In this document: positions 25,001 through 36,800 of the stretch, piece after piece
Position numbering within the stretch: position 1 is the stretch's first letter
Layout of the letters: the number at the start of each line of letters is the position of its first letter
NCBI GenBank assembly: GCA_964016885.1
Contig: OZ024741.1
Coordinates: 408,084,001-408,148,000, forward strand
Source of the DNA: Eledone cirrhosa
Taxonomy: Eukaryota
Length of the DNA: 64,000 nucleotides
Reading direction: 5' to 3'
Made by a program: the position numbers and the translations under genes
The notes under the pieces: model-generated
Database searches by the model: none
What the model saw: only the letters and a program-made list of their open reading frames with translations
What the model was told of the DNA's origin: nothing

Positions 25001-28000
25001 AAGATTAACAGGTTTGTTGGGTGGATGGCTGGGTAACTGGAAGGTTAGCATGTTTGTTGGGAGGATGGCTGGGTAACTGGAAGGTTAGCGGGTTTGTCGG
25101 GTGGATGGCTGGGTAACTGGAAGGTTAGCGGGTTTGTTGGGTGGCTGGCTGGATAACTGGAACTTAGCGGGTTTGTTGGGTGGATGGCTGGGTAACTGGA
25201 AGGTTAACAGGTTTGTTGGGTGGATGGCTGAGTAACTGGAAGGTTAACAGGGTTGTTGGGCGGATGGCTGGGTAACTGGAAGGTTAGCAGGTTTGTTGGG
25301 TGGATGGCTGAGTAACTGAAACTTAGCGTGTTTGTTGGGTGGGTGGCTGGGTAATTGGAAGGTTAAAAGGTTTGTGGGGTGGGTGGCTGCGTAACTGGAA
25401 GTTTTAAAGTTTTCTTGGGTGGATGGCTGGGTAACTGGAAGGTTAGCAGGTTTGTTGGGTGGATGGCTGAGTAACTGGAATGTTAACAGTTAAGTTGGGT
25501 GGATGGCTGGGTAACTAGAAAGTTAGCAAGCTTGTTGGGTGGATGGCTGGGTAACTGGAAGCTTAATAGGTTTGTGTGGTAGATGGCTGGATACTGGAAG
25601 GTTAGCAGGTTTGTTGGGTGGATGACTGGGTAACTGGAAGGTTAACATGTTTGTTTAGCCGGTGGGTGGTTAACTGGAAGGTTAACAGATTTGTTGGGTG
25701 GATGGCTGGGTAACTGGAAGGAGAGCAGTTTCGTTGGGTAAATTCCTGGGTAACTGGAAGGTTAACAGGTTTGTGGGGTGGATGGCTGGGTAACTGGAAG
25801 GTTAACAGATTTGTTGGGTGGAAGGCTGGGTAACTGGAAGGAGAGCAGTTTCGTTGGGTAAATTCCTGGGTAACTGGAAGGTTAACAGGTTTGTGGGGTG
25901 GATGGCTGAGTAACTGGTAGGTTAACAGGTTTGTTGGGTGGATGGCTGGATAACTGGAAGATTAACAGGTTTGTGGGGTGGATGGCTGGGTAACTGGAGG
26001 GTTAACAGGTTTGCGGGGTGGATGGCTGGATAACTGGAAGATTAACAGATTTGTGGGGTGGATGGCTGGGTAACTGGAGGGTTAACAGGTTTGTGGGGTG
26101 GATGGCTGGATAACTGGAAGATTAACAGGTTTGTGGGGTGGATGGCTGGGTAACTGGAAGGTTAACAGGTTTGTTGGGTGGATGACTGGGTAACTGGAAG
26201 GTTAACAGGTTTGTTGGGTGGTGGCTGGGTAACTGGAAGATTAACAGGTTTGTTGGGTGGATGGCTGGTAAACTGGAAGATTAACAGGTTTGTGGGGTGG
26301 ATGGCTGGGTAACTGGAGGGTTAACAGGTTTGTGGGGTGGATGGCTGGATAACTGGAAGATTAACAGGTTTGTGGGGTGGATGGCTGGGTAACTGGAAGG
26401 TTAACAGGTTTGTTGGGTGGATGACTGGGTAACTGGAAGGTTAACAGGTTTGTTGGGTGGATGGCTGGGTAACTGGAAGGTTAGCAGGTTTGTTGGGTAG
26501 ATGGATGGGTAACTGGAAGGTTAGCATGTTTGTTGGGTGGATGGCTGAGTAACTGGAAGGTTAACAGGTTTGTTGGGTGGATGGCTGAGTAACTGGAAGG
26601 TTAACATGTTTGTGGGGTGGATGGCTGGGTAACTGGAAGGTTAACAGGTTTGTTGGGTGGATGACTGGGTAACTGGAAGGTTAACATGTTTGTTGGGAGG
26701 ATGGCTGGGTAACTGGAAGGTTAACAGGTTTGTGGGGTGGATGGCTGGGTAACTGGAAGGTTAACAGGTTTGTTGGGTGGATGACTGGGTAACTGGAAGG
26801 TTAACAGGTTTGTTGGGTGGATGGCTGGGTAACTGGAAGATTAGCAGGTTTGTTGGGTGGATGGCTGGGTATTTGGAAGATTAGAAGGTTTGTTGGGTGG
26901 ATGGCTGAGTAACTGGAAGATTAACAGGTTTGTTGGGTGGATGGCTGGGTAACTGGAAGGTTAGCATGTTTGTTGGGAGGATGGCTGGGTAACTGGAAAG
27001 TTAGCGGGTTTGTCGGGTGGATGGCTGGGTAACTGGAAGATTAGCGGGTTTGTTGCGTGGCTGGCTGGATAACTGGAACTTAGCGGGTTTGTTGGGTGGA
27101 TGGCTGGGTAACTGGAAGGTTAACAGGTTTGTTGGATGGATGGCTGAGTAACTGGAAGGTAAAAAGGTGTGTTGGGTGGATGGCTGGGTAACTGGAAGGT
27201 TAGCAGGTTTGTTGGGTGGATGGATGGGTAACTGGAACTTAGCAGGTTTGTTGGGTGGATGGCTGAGTAACTGGAAGGTTAACAGTTTTGTTGGGTGGAT
27301 TCCTGGGTAACTGGAAGGTTAGCAGGTTTGTTGGGTGGATGGCTGGGTAACTGGAAGATTAACAGGTTTGTTGGGTGGATGGCTGGGTAACTGGAAGGTT
27401 AACAGGTAAGTTGGGTAGATGGCTGGGTAACTGGAAGGTTAACAGGTTTGTTGAGTGGATGGCTGGGTAATGGTAGTTAAGCAGGTTTGCTGGGTGGATG
27501 GCTGAGTAACTGGAAGGTTAACAGGTTTGTTGGGTTGATGGCTGAGCAACTGGAAGGTTAGCAGGTTTGTTGGGTGGATGGCTGAGTAACTGGAAGGTTA
27601 ACAGGTTTGTTGGGAGGATGGCTGTGTAACTGGAAGGTTAACAGGTTTGTTGGGTGGATGGCTGAGTAACTGGAAGGTTAAAAGGTTGTTGGGTGGATGG
27701 CTGGGTAACTGGAAGGTTAGCAGGTTTGTTGGGTGGATGACTGAGTAACTGGAAGGTTAACAGGTTTGTTGGGTGGATGGCTGGGTAACTGGAAGATTAG
27801 CAGGTTTGTTGGGTGGATGGCTGGGTGTTTGGAAGATTAGAAGGTTTGTTGGGTGGATGGCTGAGTAACTGGAAGATTAACAGGTTTGTTGGGTGGATGG
27901 CTGGGTAACTGGAAGGTTAGCATGTTTGTTGGGAGGATGGCTGGGTAACTGGAAGGTTAGCGGGTTTGTCGGGTGGATGGCTGGGTAACTGGAAGGTTAG

Positions 28001-31000
28001 CGGGTTTGTTGGGTGGCTGGCTGGATAACTGGAACTTAGCGGGTTTGTTGGGTGGATGGCTGGGTAACTGGAAGGTTAACAGGTTTGTTGGGTGGATGGC
28101 TGAGTAACTGGAAGGTTAACAGGGTTGTTGGGCGGATGGCTGGGTAACTGGAAGGTTAGCAGGTTTGTTGGGTGGATGGCTGAGTAACTGAAACTTAGCG
28201 TGTTTGTTGGGTGGGTGGCTGGGTAATTGGAAGGTTAAAAGGTTTGTGGGGTGGGTGGCTGCGTAACTGGAAGTTTAAAAGTTTTCTTGGGTGGATGGCT
28301 GGGTAACTGGAAGGTTAGCAGGTTTGTTGGGTGGATGGCTGAGTAACTGGAATGTTAACAGTTAAGTTGGGTGGATGGCTGGGTAACTAGAAAGTTAGCA
28401 AGCTTGTTGGGTGGATGGCTGGGTAACTGGAAGCTTAATAGGTTTGTGTGGTAGATGGCTGGATACTGGAAGGTTAGCAGGTTTGTTGGGTGGATGACTG
28501 GGTAACTGGAAGGTTAACATGTTTGTTTAGCCGGTGGCTGGTTAACTGGAAGGTTAACAGATTTGTTGGGTGGATGGCTGGGTAACTGGAAGGAGAGCAG
28601 TTTCGTTGGGTAAATTCCTGGGTAACTGGAAGGTTAACAGGTTTGTGGGGTGGATGGCTGGGTAACTGGAAGGTTAACAGATTTGTTGGGTGGAAGGCTG
28701 GGTAACTGGAAGGAGAGCAGTTTCGTTGGGTAAATTCCTGGGTAACTGGAAGGTTAACAGGTTTGTGGGGTGGATGGCTGAGTAACTGGTAGGTTAACAG
28801 GTTTGTTGGGTGGATGGCTGGATAACTGGAAGATTAACAGGTTTGTGGGGTGGATGGCTGGGTAACTGGAGGGTTAACAGGTTTGCGGGGTGGATGGCTG
28901 GATAACTGGAAGATTAACAGATTTGTGGGGTGGATGGCTGGGTAACTGGAGGGTTAACAGGTTTGTGGGGTGGATGGCTGGATAACTGGAAGATTAACAG
29001 GTTTGTGGGGTGGATGGCTGGGTAACTGGAAGGTTAACAGGTTTGTTGGGTGGATGACTGGGTAACTGGAAGGTTAACAGGTTAGTTGGGTGGTGGCTGG
29101 GTAACTGGAAGGTTAGCAGGTTTGTTGGGTGGATGGCTGGTAAACTGGAAGATTAACAGGTTTGTGGGGTGGATGGCTGGGTAACTGGAGGGTTAACAGG
29201 TTTGTGGGGTGGATGGCTGGATAACTGGAAGATTAACAGGTTTGTGGGGTGGATGGCTGGGTAACTGGAAGGTTAACAGGTTTGTTGGGTGGATGACTGG
29301 GTAACTGGAAGGTTAACAGGTTTGTTGGGTGGATGGCTGGGTAACTGGAAGGTTAGCAGGTTTGTTGGGTAGATGGATGGGTAACTGGAAGGTTAGCATG
29401 TTTGTTGGGTGGATGGCTGAGTAACTGGAAGGTTAACAGGTTTGTTGGTTGGATGGCTGAGTAACTGGAAGGTTAACATGTTTGTGGGGTGGATGGCTGG
29501 GTAACTGGAAGGTTAACAGGTTTGTTGGGTGGATGACTGGGTAACTGGAAGGTTAACATGTTTGTTGGGAGGATGGCTGGGTAACTGGAAGGTTAACAGG
29601 TTTGTGGGGTGGATGGCTGGGTAACTGGAAGGTTAACATGTTTGTTGGGCCGGTGGCTGGTTAACTGGAAGGTAAACAGATTTGTTGGGTGGAAGGCTGG
29701 GTAACTAGAAGGAGAGCATTTTCGTTGGGTAAATTCCTGGGTAACTGGAAGGTTAACAGGTTTGTGGGGTGGATGGCTGGGTAACTGGAAGGTTAACAGA
29801 TTTGTTGGGTGGAAGGCTGGGTAACTGGAAGGAGAGCAGTTTCGTTGGGTAAATTCCTGGGTAACTGGAAGGTTAACAGGTTTGTGGGGTGGATGGCTGA
29901 GTAACTGGTAGGTTAACAGGTTTGTTGGGTGGATGGCTGGATAACTGGAAGATTAACAGGTTTGTGGGGTGGATGGCTGGGTAACTGGAAGGTTAACAGG
30001 TTTGTTGGGTGGTGGCTGGGTAACTGGAGGTTAGCAGGTTTGTTGGGTGGATGGCTGGGTAACTGGAAGATTAACAGGTTTGTGCGGTGGATGGCTGGGT
30101 AACTGGAGGGTTAACAGGTTTGTGGGGTGGATGGCTGGATAACTGGAAGATTTACAGGTTTGTGGGGTGGATGGCCGGGTAACTGGAAGGTTAACAGGTT
30201 TGTTGGGTGGATGACTGGGTAACTGGAAGGTTAACAGGTTTGTTGGGTGGATGGCTGGGTAACTGGAAGGTTAGCAGGTTTGTTGGGTAGATGGATGGGT
30301 AACTGGAAGGTTAGCATGTTTGTTGGGTGGATGGCTGAGTAACTGGAAGGTTAACAGGTTTGTTGGGTGGATGGCTGAGTAACTGGAAGGTTAACATGTT
30401 TGTGGGGTGGATGGCTGGGTAACTGGAAGGTTAACAGGTTTGTTGGGTGGATGACTGGGTAACTGGAAGGTTAACATGTTTGTTGGGAGGATGGCTGGGT
30501 AACTGGAAGGTTAACAGGTTTGTGGGGTGGATGGCTGGGTAACTGGAAGGTTAACAGGTTTGTTGGGTGGATGACTGGGTAACTGGAAGGTTAACAGGTT
30601 TGTTGGGTGGATGGCTGGGTAACTGGAAGATTAGCAGGTTTGTTGGGTGGATGGCTGGGTGTTTGGAAGATTAGAAGGTTTGTTGGGTGGATGGCTGAGT
30701 AACTGGAAGATTAACAGGTTTGTTGGGTGGATGGCTGGGTAACTGGAAGGTTAGCATGTTTGTTGGGAGGATGGCTGGGTAACTGGAAGGTTAGCGGGTT
30801 TGTCGGGTGGATGGCTGGGTAACTGGAAGGTTAGCGGGTTTGTTGGGTGGCTGGCTGGATAACTGGAACTTAGCGGGTTTGTTGGGTGGATGGCTGGGTA
30901 ACTGGAAGGTTAACAGGTTTGTTGGGTGGATGGCTGAGTAACTGGAAGGTTAACAGGGTTGTTGGGCGGATGGCTGGGTAACTGGAAGGTTAGCAGGTTT

Positions 31001-33450
31001 GTTGGGTGGATGGCTGAGTAACTGAAACTTAGCGTGTTTGTTGGGTGGGTGGCTGGGTAATTGGAAGGTTAAAAGGTTTGTGGGGTGGGTGGCTGCGTAA
31101 CTGGAAGTTTTAAAGTTTTCTTGGGTGGATGGCTGGGTAACTGGAAGGTTAGCAGGTTTGTTGGGTGGATGGCTGAGTAACTGGAATGTTAACAGTTAAG
31201 TTGGGTGGATGGCTGGGTAACTAGAAAGTTAGCAAGCTTGTTGGGTGGATGGCTGGGTAACTGGAAGCTTAATAGGTTTGTGTGGTAGATGGCTGGATAC
31301 TGGAAGGTTAGCAGGTTTGTTGGGTGGATGACTGGGTAACTGGAAGGTTAACATGTTTGTTTAGCCGGTGGGTGGTTAACTGGAAGGTTAACAGATTTGT
31401 TGGGTGGATGGCTGGGTAACTGGAAGGAGAGCAGTTTCGTTGGGTAAATTCCTGGGTAACTGGAAGGTTAACAGGTTTGTGGGGTGGATGGCTGGGTAAC
31501 TGGAAGGTTAACAGATTTGTTGGGTGGAAGGCTGGGTAACTGGAAGGAGAGCAGTTTCGTTGGGTAAATTCCTGGGTAACTGGAAGGTTAACAGGTTTGT
31601 GGGGTGGATGGCTGAGTAACTGGTAGGTTAACAGGTTTGTTGGGTGGATGGCTGGATAACTGGAAGATTAACAGGTTTGTGGGGTGGATGGCTGGGTAAC
31701 TGGAGGGTTAACAGGTTTGCGGGGTGGATGGCTGGATAACTGGAAGATTAACAGATTTGTGGGGTGGATGGCTGGGTAACTGGAGGGTTAACAGGTTTGT
31801 GGGGTGGATGGCTGGATAACTGGAAGATTAACAGGTTTGTGGGGTGGATGGCTGGGTAACTGGAAGGTTAACAGGTTTGTTGGGTGGATGACTGGGTAAC
31901 TGGAAGGTTAACAGGTTTGTTGGGTGGTGGCTGGGTAACTGGAAGATTAACAGGTTTGTTGGGTGGATGGCTGGTAAACTGGAAGATTAACAGGTTTGTG
32001 GGGTGGATGGCTGGGTAACTGGAGGGTTAACAGGTTTGTGGGGTGGATGGCTGGATAACTGGAAGATTAACAGGTTTGTGGGGTGGATGGCTGGGTAACT
32101 GGAAGGTTAACAGGTTTGTTGGGTGGATGACTGGGTAACTGGAAGGTTAACAGGTTTGTTGGGTGGATGGCTGGGTAACTGGAAGGTTAGCAGGTTTGTT
32201 GGGTAGATGGATGGGTAACTGGAAGGTTAGCATGTTTGTTGGGTGGATGGCTGAGTAACTGGAAGGTTAACAGGTTTGTTGGGTGGATGGCTGAGTAACT
32301 GGAAGGTTAACATGTTTGTGGGGTGGATGGCTGGGTAACTGGAAGGTTAACAGGTTTGTTGGGTGGATGACTGGGTAACTGGAAGGTTAACATGTTTGTT
32401 GGGAGGATGGCTGGGTAACTGGAAGGTTAACAGGTTTGTGGGGTGGATGGCTGGGTAACTGGAAGGTTAACAGGTTTGTTGGGTGGATGACTGGGTAACT
32501 GGAAGGTTAACAGGTTTGTTGGGTGGATGGCTGGGTAACTGGAAGATTAGCAGGTTTGTTGGGTGGATGGCTGGGTATTTGGAAGATTAGAAGGTTTGTT
32601 GGGTGGATGGCTGAGTAACTGGAAGATTAACAGGTTTGTTGGGTGGATGGCTGGGTAACTGGAAGGTTAGCATGTTTGTTGGGAGGATGGCTGGGTAACT
32701 GGAAAGTTAGCGGGTTTGTCGGGTGGATGGCTGGGTAACTGGAAGATTAGCGGGTTTGTTGCGTGGCTGGCTGGATAACTGGAACTTAGCGGGTTTGTTG
32801 GGTGGATGGCTGGGTAACTGGAAGGTTAACAGGTTTGTTGGATGGATGGCTGAGTAACTGGAAGGTAAAAAGGTGTGTTGGGTGGATGGCTGGGTAACTG
32901 GAAGGTTAGCAGGTTTGTTGGGTGGATGGATGGGTAACTGGAACTTAGCAGGTTTGTTGGGTGGATGGCTGAGTAACTGGAAGGTTAACAGTTTTGTTGG
33001 GTGGATTCCTGGGTAACTGGAAGGTTAGCAGGTTTGTTGGGTGGATGGCTGGGTAACTGGAAGATTAACAGGTTTGTTGGGTGGATGGCTGGGTAACTGG
33101 AAGGTTAACAGGTAAGTTGGGTAGATGGCTGGGTAACTGGAAGGTTAACAGGTTTGTTGAGTGGATGGCTGGGTAATGGTAGTTAAGCAGGTTTGCTGGG
33201 TGGATCGCTGAGTAACTGGAAGGTTAACAGGTTTGTTGGGTTGATGGCTGAGCAACTGGAAGGTTAGCAGGTTTGTTGGGTGGATGGCTGAGTAACTGGA
33301 AGGTTAACAGGTTTGTTGGGAGGATGGCTGTGTAACTGGAAGGTTAACAGGTTTGTTGGGTGGATGGCTGAGTAACTGGAAGGTTAAAAGGTTGTTGGGT
33401 GGATGGCTGGGTAACTGGAAGGTTAGCAGGTTTGTTGGGTGGATGACTGA
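22040..33450. repeat. Near-identical tandem duplication of 5706 bp (about 143 monomers) in satellite B
   Basis: Markers recur at an exact 5706-bp offset: GTTTGGAAGA 22121/27827, TTAGCGTG 22489/28195 and 25323/31029, TGGTAGTTAA 27471/33177. End points are approximate. Confidence 0.9.
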
Positions 33451-33899
33451 GTAACTGGAAGGTTAACAGTTTTGTTGGGTAGATTCCTGGGTGACTGGAA
33501 GGTTAGCAGGTTTGTTGGGTGGATGGCTGAGTAACTGGAAGGTTAACAGTTTTGTTGGGTGGATGGCTGAGTAACTGGAAGGTTAATAGGTTTGTTGGGT
33601 GGATGGCTGAGTAACTGGAAGGTTAATAGGTTTGTTGGGTGGATGGCTGAGTAACTGGAAGGTTAACAGGTTTGTTGGGTGGATGGCTGGGTAACTGGAA
33701 GGTTAATAGTTTTGTTGGGTGGACGGCTGAGTAACTGGAAGGTTAATAGGTTTGTTGGGTCGATGGCTGAGTAACTGGAAGGTTAACAGGTTTGTTGGGT
33801 GGATGGCTGAGTAACTGGAAGGTTAACAGGTTTGTTGGGTGGATGTCTGGGTAACTGTAAGGTTAGCAGGTTTGTTGGGTGGATGGCTGAGTAACTGGA

Positions 33900-36800
33900 A
33901 GGTTAACAGTTTTGTTGGGTGTATTCCTGGGTAACTGGAAGGTTAGCAGGTTTGTTGGGTTGATGGCTGAGTAACTGGAAGGTTAATAGGTTTGTTGGGT
34001 GGATGACTGAGTAACTGGAAGGTTAATAGGTTTGTTGGGTGGATGGCTGAGTAACTGGAAGGTTAGCAGCATTGTTGAGTGGATGGATGGGTAACTGGAA
34101 CTTAGCAGGTTTGTTGGGTGGATGGCTGAGTAACTGGAAGGTTAACAGTTTTGTTGGGTGGATTCATGGGTAACTGGAAGGTTAGCAGGTTTGTTGGGTG
34201 GATAGCTGAGTAACTGGAAGGTTAACAGGTTTGTTGGGTGGATGGCTGGGTAACTGGAAGATTAGCAGTTTTGTTGGGTGGATGGCTGGGTAACTGGAAG
34301 TTTAACAGGTTTGTTGGGTGGATGGCTGAGTAACTGGAAGGTTAACAGGTTTGTTGGGTGGATGGTTGTTTAACTGGAAGGTTAGCAGGTTTGTTGTGTT
34401 CATGGCTGGGTAACTGGAATATTAACAGATTTGTTGGGTGGATGGCTGGGTAACTGGAAGGATAACAGGTAAGTTGTGTGGATGGCTGGGTAACTGGAAG
34501 GTTATAAGGTTTGTCGGGTGGATGGCTGGGTAACTGGAAGGTTAATAGGTTTGTTGGCTGGATGGCTGGGTATCTGGAAGGTTAGCAGGTTTGTTGGGTG
34601 GATGGCTGGGTACCGGAATGTTAACAGGTTTTTTGGGTGGAGGGCTGGGTAACTGGAAGGTTAGCAGATTTGTTGGGTGGATGCCTGGGTAACTGGAAGT
34701 TTAGCAGGTTTGTTGGGTGCATGGCTGGGTTACTGGAAGGTTAGCAGGTTTGTTGGGTGAATGGCTGGGTAACTGGAAGGTTAGCAGGTTTGTTGGATGG
34801 ATGGCTGGGTTCTGAAAGGTTAGCAGGTTTGTTGGGTAGATGGCTAGGTAACTTGAAGGTTAGCTGGTTTGTTGGGTGGATGGCTGGGTAACTGGAAGAT
34901 TAACATTTTTGTGGGGTGGATGGCTGGGCAACTGGAAGGTTAACAGGTTTGTTGGGCGTATGGCTGTGTAACTGAAAGGTTAGCAGGTTTGTTGGGTGAA
35001 TGCCTGGGTAACTGGTAGGTTAACATGTTTGTGGGGTGGATGGCTGGGTAACTGGAAGGTTAGAACGTTTGTTGGGCGTATGGCTGTGTAACTGAAAGGT
35101 TAGCAGGTTTGTTGGGTGAATGCCTGGGTAACTGGTAGGTTAACATGTTTGTGGGGTGGATGGCTGGGTAACTGGAAGGTTAGAACGTTTGTTGGGTGGA
35201 TGGCTGGGTAACTGGAAGGTTAACAGGTATGTTGGGTGGTTGGCTGGGTAACTGAAAGGTTTGCAGGTTTGTTAGGTGAATGTTGTGGGTAACTGGAAGG
35301 TGAGCAGGTTTGTTGGGTGGATGGCTGGGTAACTGGAATGTTAACAGTTTTGTTGGGTGCATGATTGGCTAACTGGAAGGTTAGGAGATTTGTTGGGTGG
35401 ATGGCTGGGTAACTGAAAGGTTAACAGGTTTGTGGGGTGGATGGCTGGGTAACTGGAAGGTTAGCAGGTTTGTTGGGTGGATGGCTGGGTATCTGGAAGT
35501 TTAACAGGGTTGTTGGGCGGATGGCTGGGAAACTGGAACTTAGCGGGATTGTTGGGTTGATGGCTGAGTAACTGGAAGGTTAACAGGTTTGTTGGGTGGA
35601 TGGCTGGGTAACTGGAAGGTTAGCAGGTTTGTTGGGTGGATGGCTGAGTAACTGGAAGATTCGCAGGTTTGTTGGGTGGATGGCTGAGTAACTGGAAGGT
35701 TTGCAGGTTTCTTGGGTGGATGGCTGGTTAACTGGAAGGTTAGCGGTTTTGTTGGGTGGATGGCTGAGTAACTGGAAGGTTAGAAGTTTTGTTGAGTGGA
35801 TGGCCGAGTACTGGAAATTAGCAGGTTTGTTGGGTGGATGGCTGAGTAACTGGAAGGTTAATAGGTTTGTTGGGTGGATGGCTGAGTAACTGGAAGGTTA
35901 ATAGGTTTGTTGGGTGGATGGCTGAGTAACTGGAAGGTTAACAGGTTTGTTGGGTGGATGGCTGAGTAACTGCACGGTTAACAGGTTTGTTGGGTGGATG
36001 GCTGAGTAACTGGAAGGTTAGCAGGTTTGTTGGGTGGATGACTGAGTAACTGGAAGGTTAACAGTTTTGTTGGGTAGATTCCTGGGTAACTGGAAGGTTG
36101 GCAGGTTTGTTGGGTTGATGGCTGAGTAACTGGAAGGTTAACAGGTTTGTTGGGTGGATGGCTGAGTAACTGGAAGGTTAATAGGTTTGTTGGGTGGATG
36201 GCTGAGTAACTGCAATGGTTAACAGGTTTGTTGGGTGGATGGCTGAGTAACTGGAAGGTTAACATGTTTGTTGGGTGGATGGCTGGGTAACTGGAAGGTT
36301 AATAGGTTTGTTGGGTGGATGGCTGAGCAACTGGAAGGTTAAGAGGTTTGTTGGGTGGATGGCTGAGTAACTGGAAGGTTAACAGTTTTGTTGGGTGGAT
36401 GGCTGGGTAACTGGAAGGTTAATAGGTTTGTTGGGTGGATGGCTGAGTAACTGGAAGGTTAATAGGTTTGTTGGGTGGATGGCTGAGTAACTGGAAGGTT
36501 AATAGGTTTGTTGGGTGGATGGCTGAGTAACTGGAAGGTTAACAGGTTTTTTGGGTGGATGTCTGGGTAACTGCAAGGTTAGCAGGTTTGTTGGATGGAT
36601 GGCTGAGTAACTGGAAGGTTAACAGTTTTGTTGGGTGTATTCCAGGGTAACTGGAAGGTTAATAGGTTTTTTGGGTGGATGGCTGCGTAACTGGAAGGTT
36701 AGCAGTTTTGTTGGGTGGCTGGCTGAGTAACTGGAAGGTTAACAGTTTTGTTGCGTGGATGGCTGGGTAACTGGAAGGTTAGCAGGTTTGTTGGGTGGAT

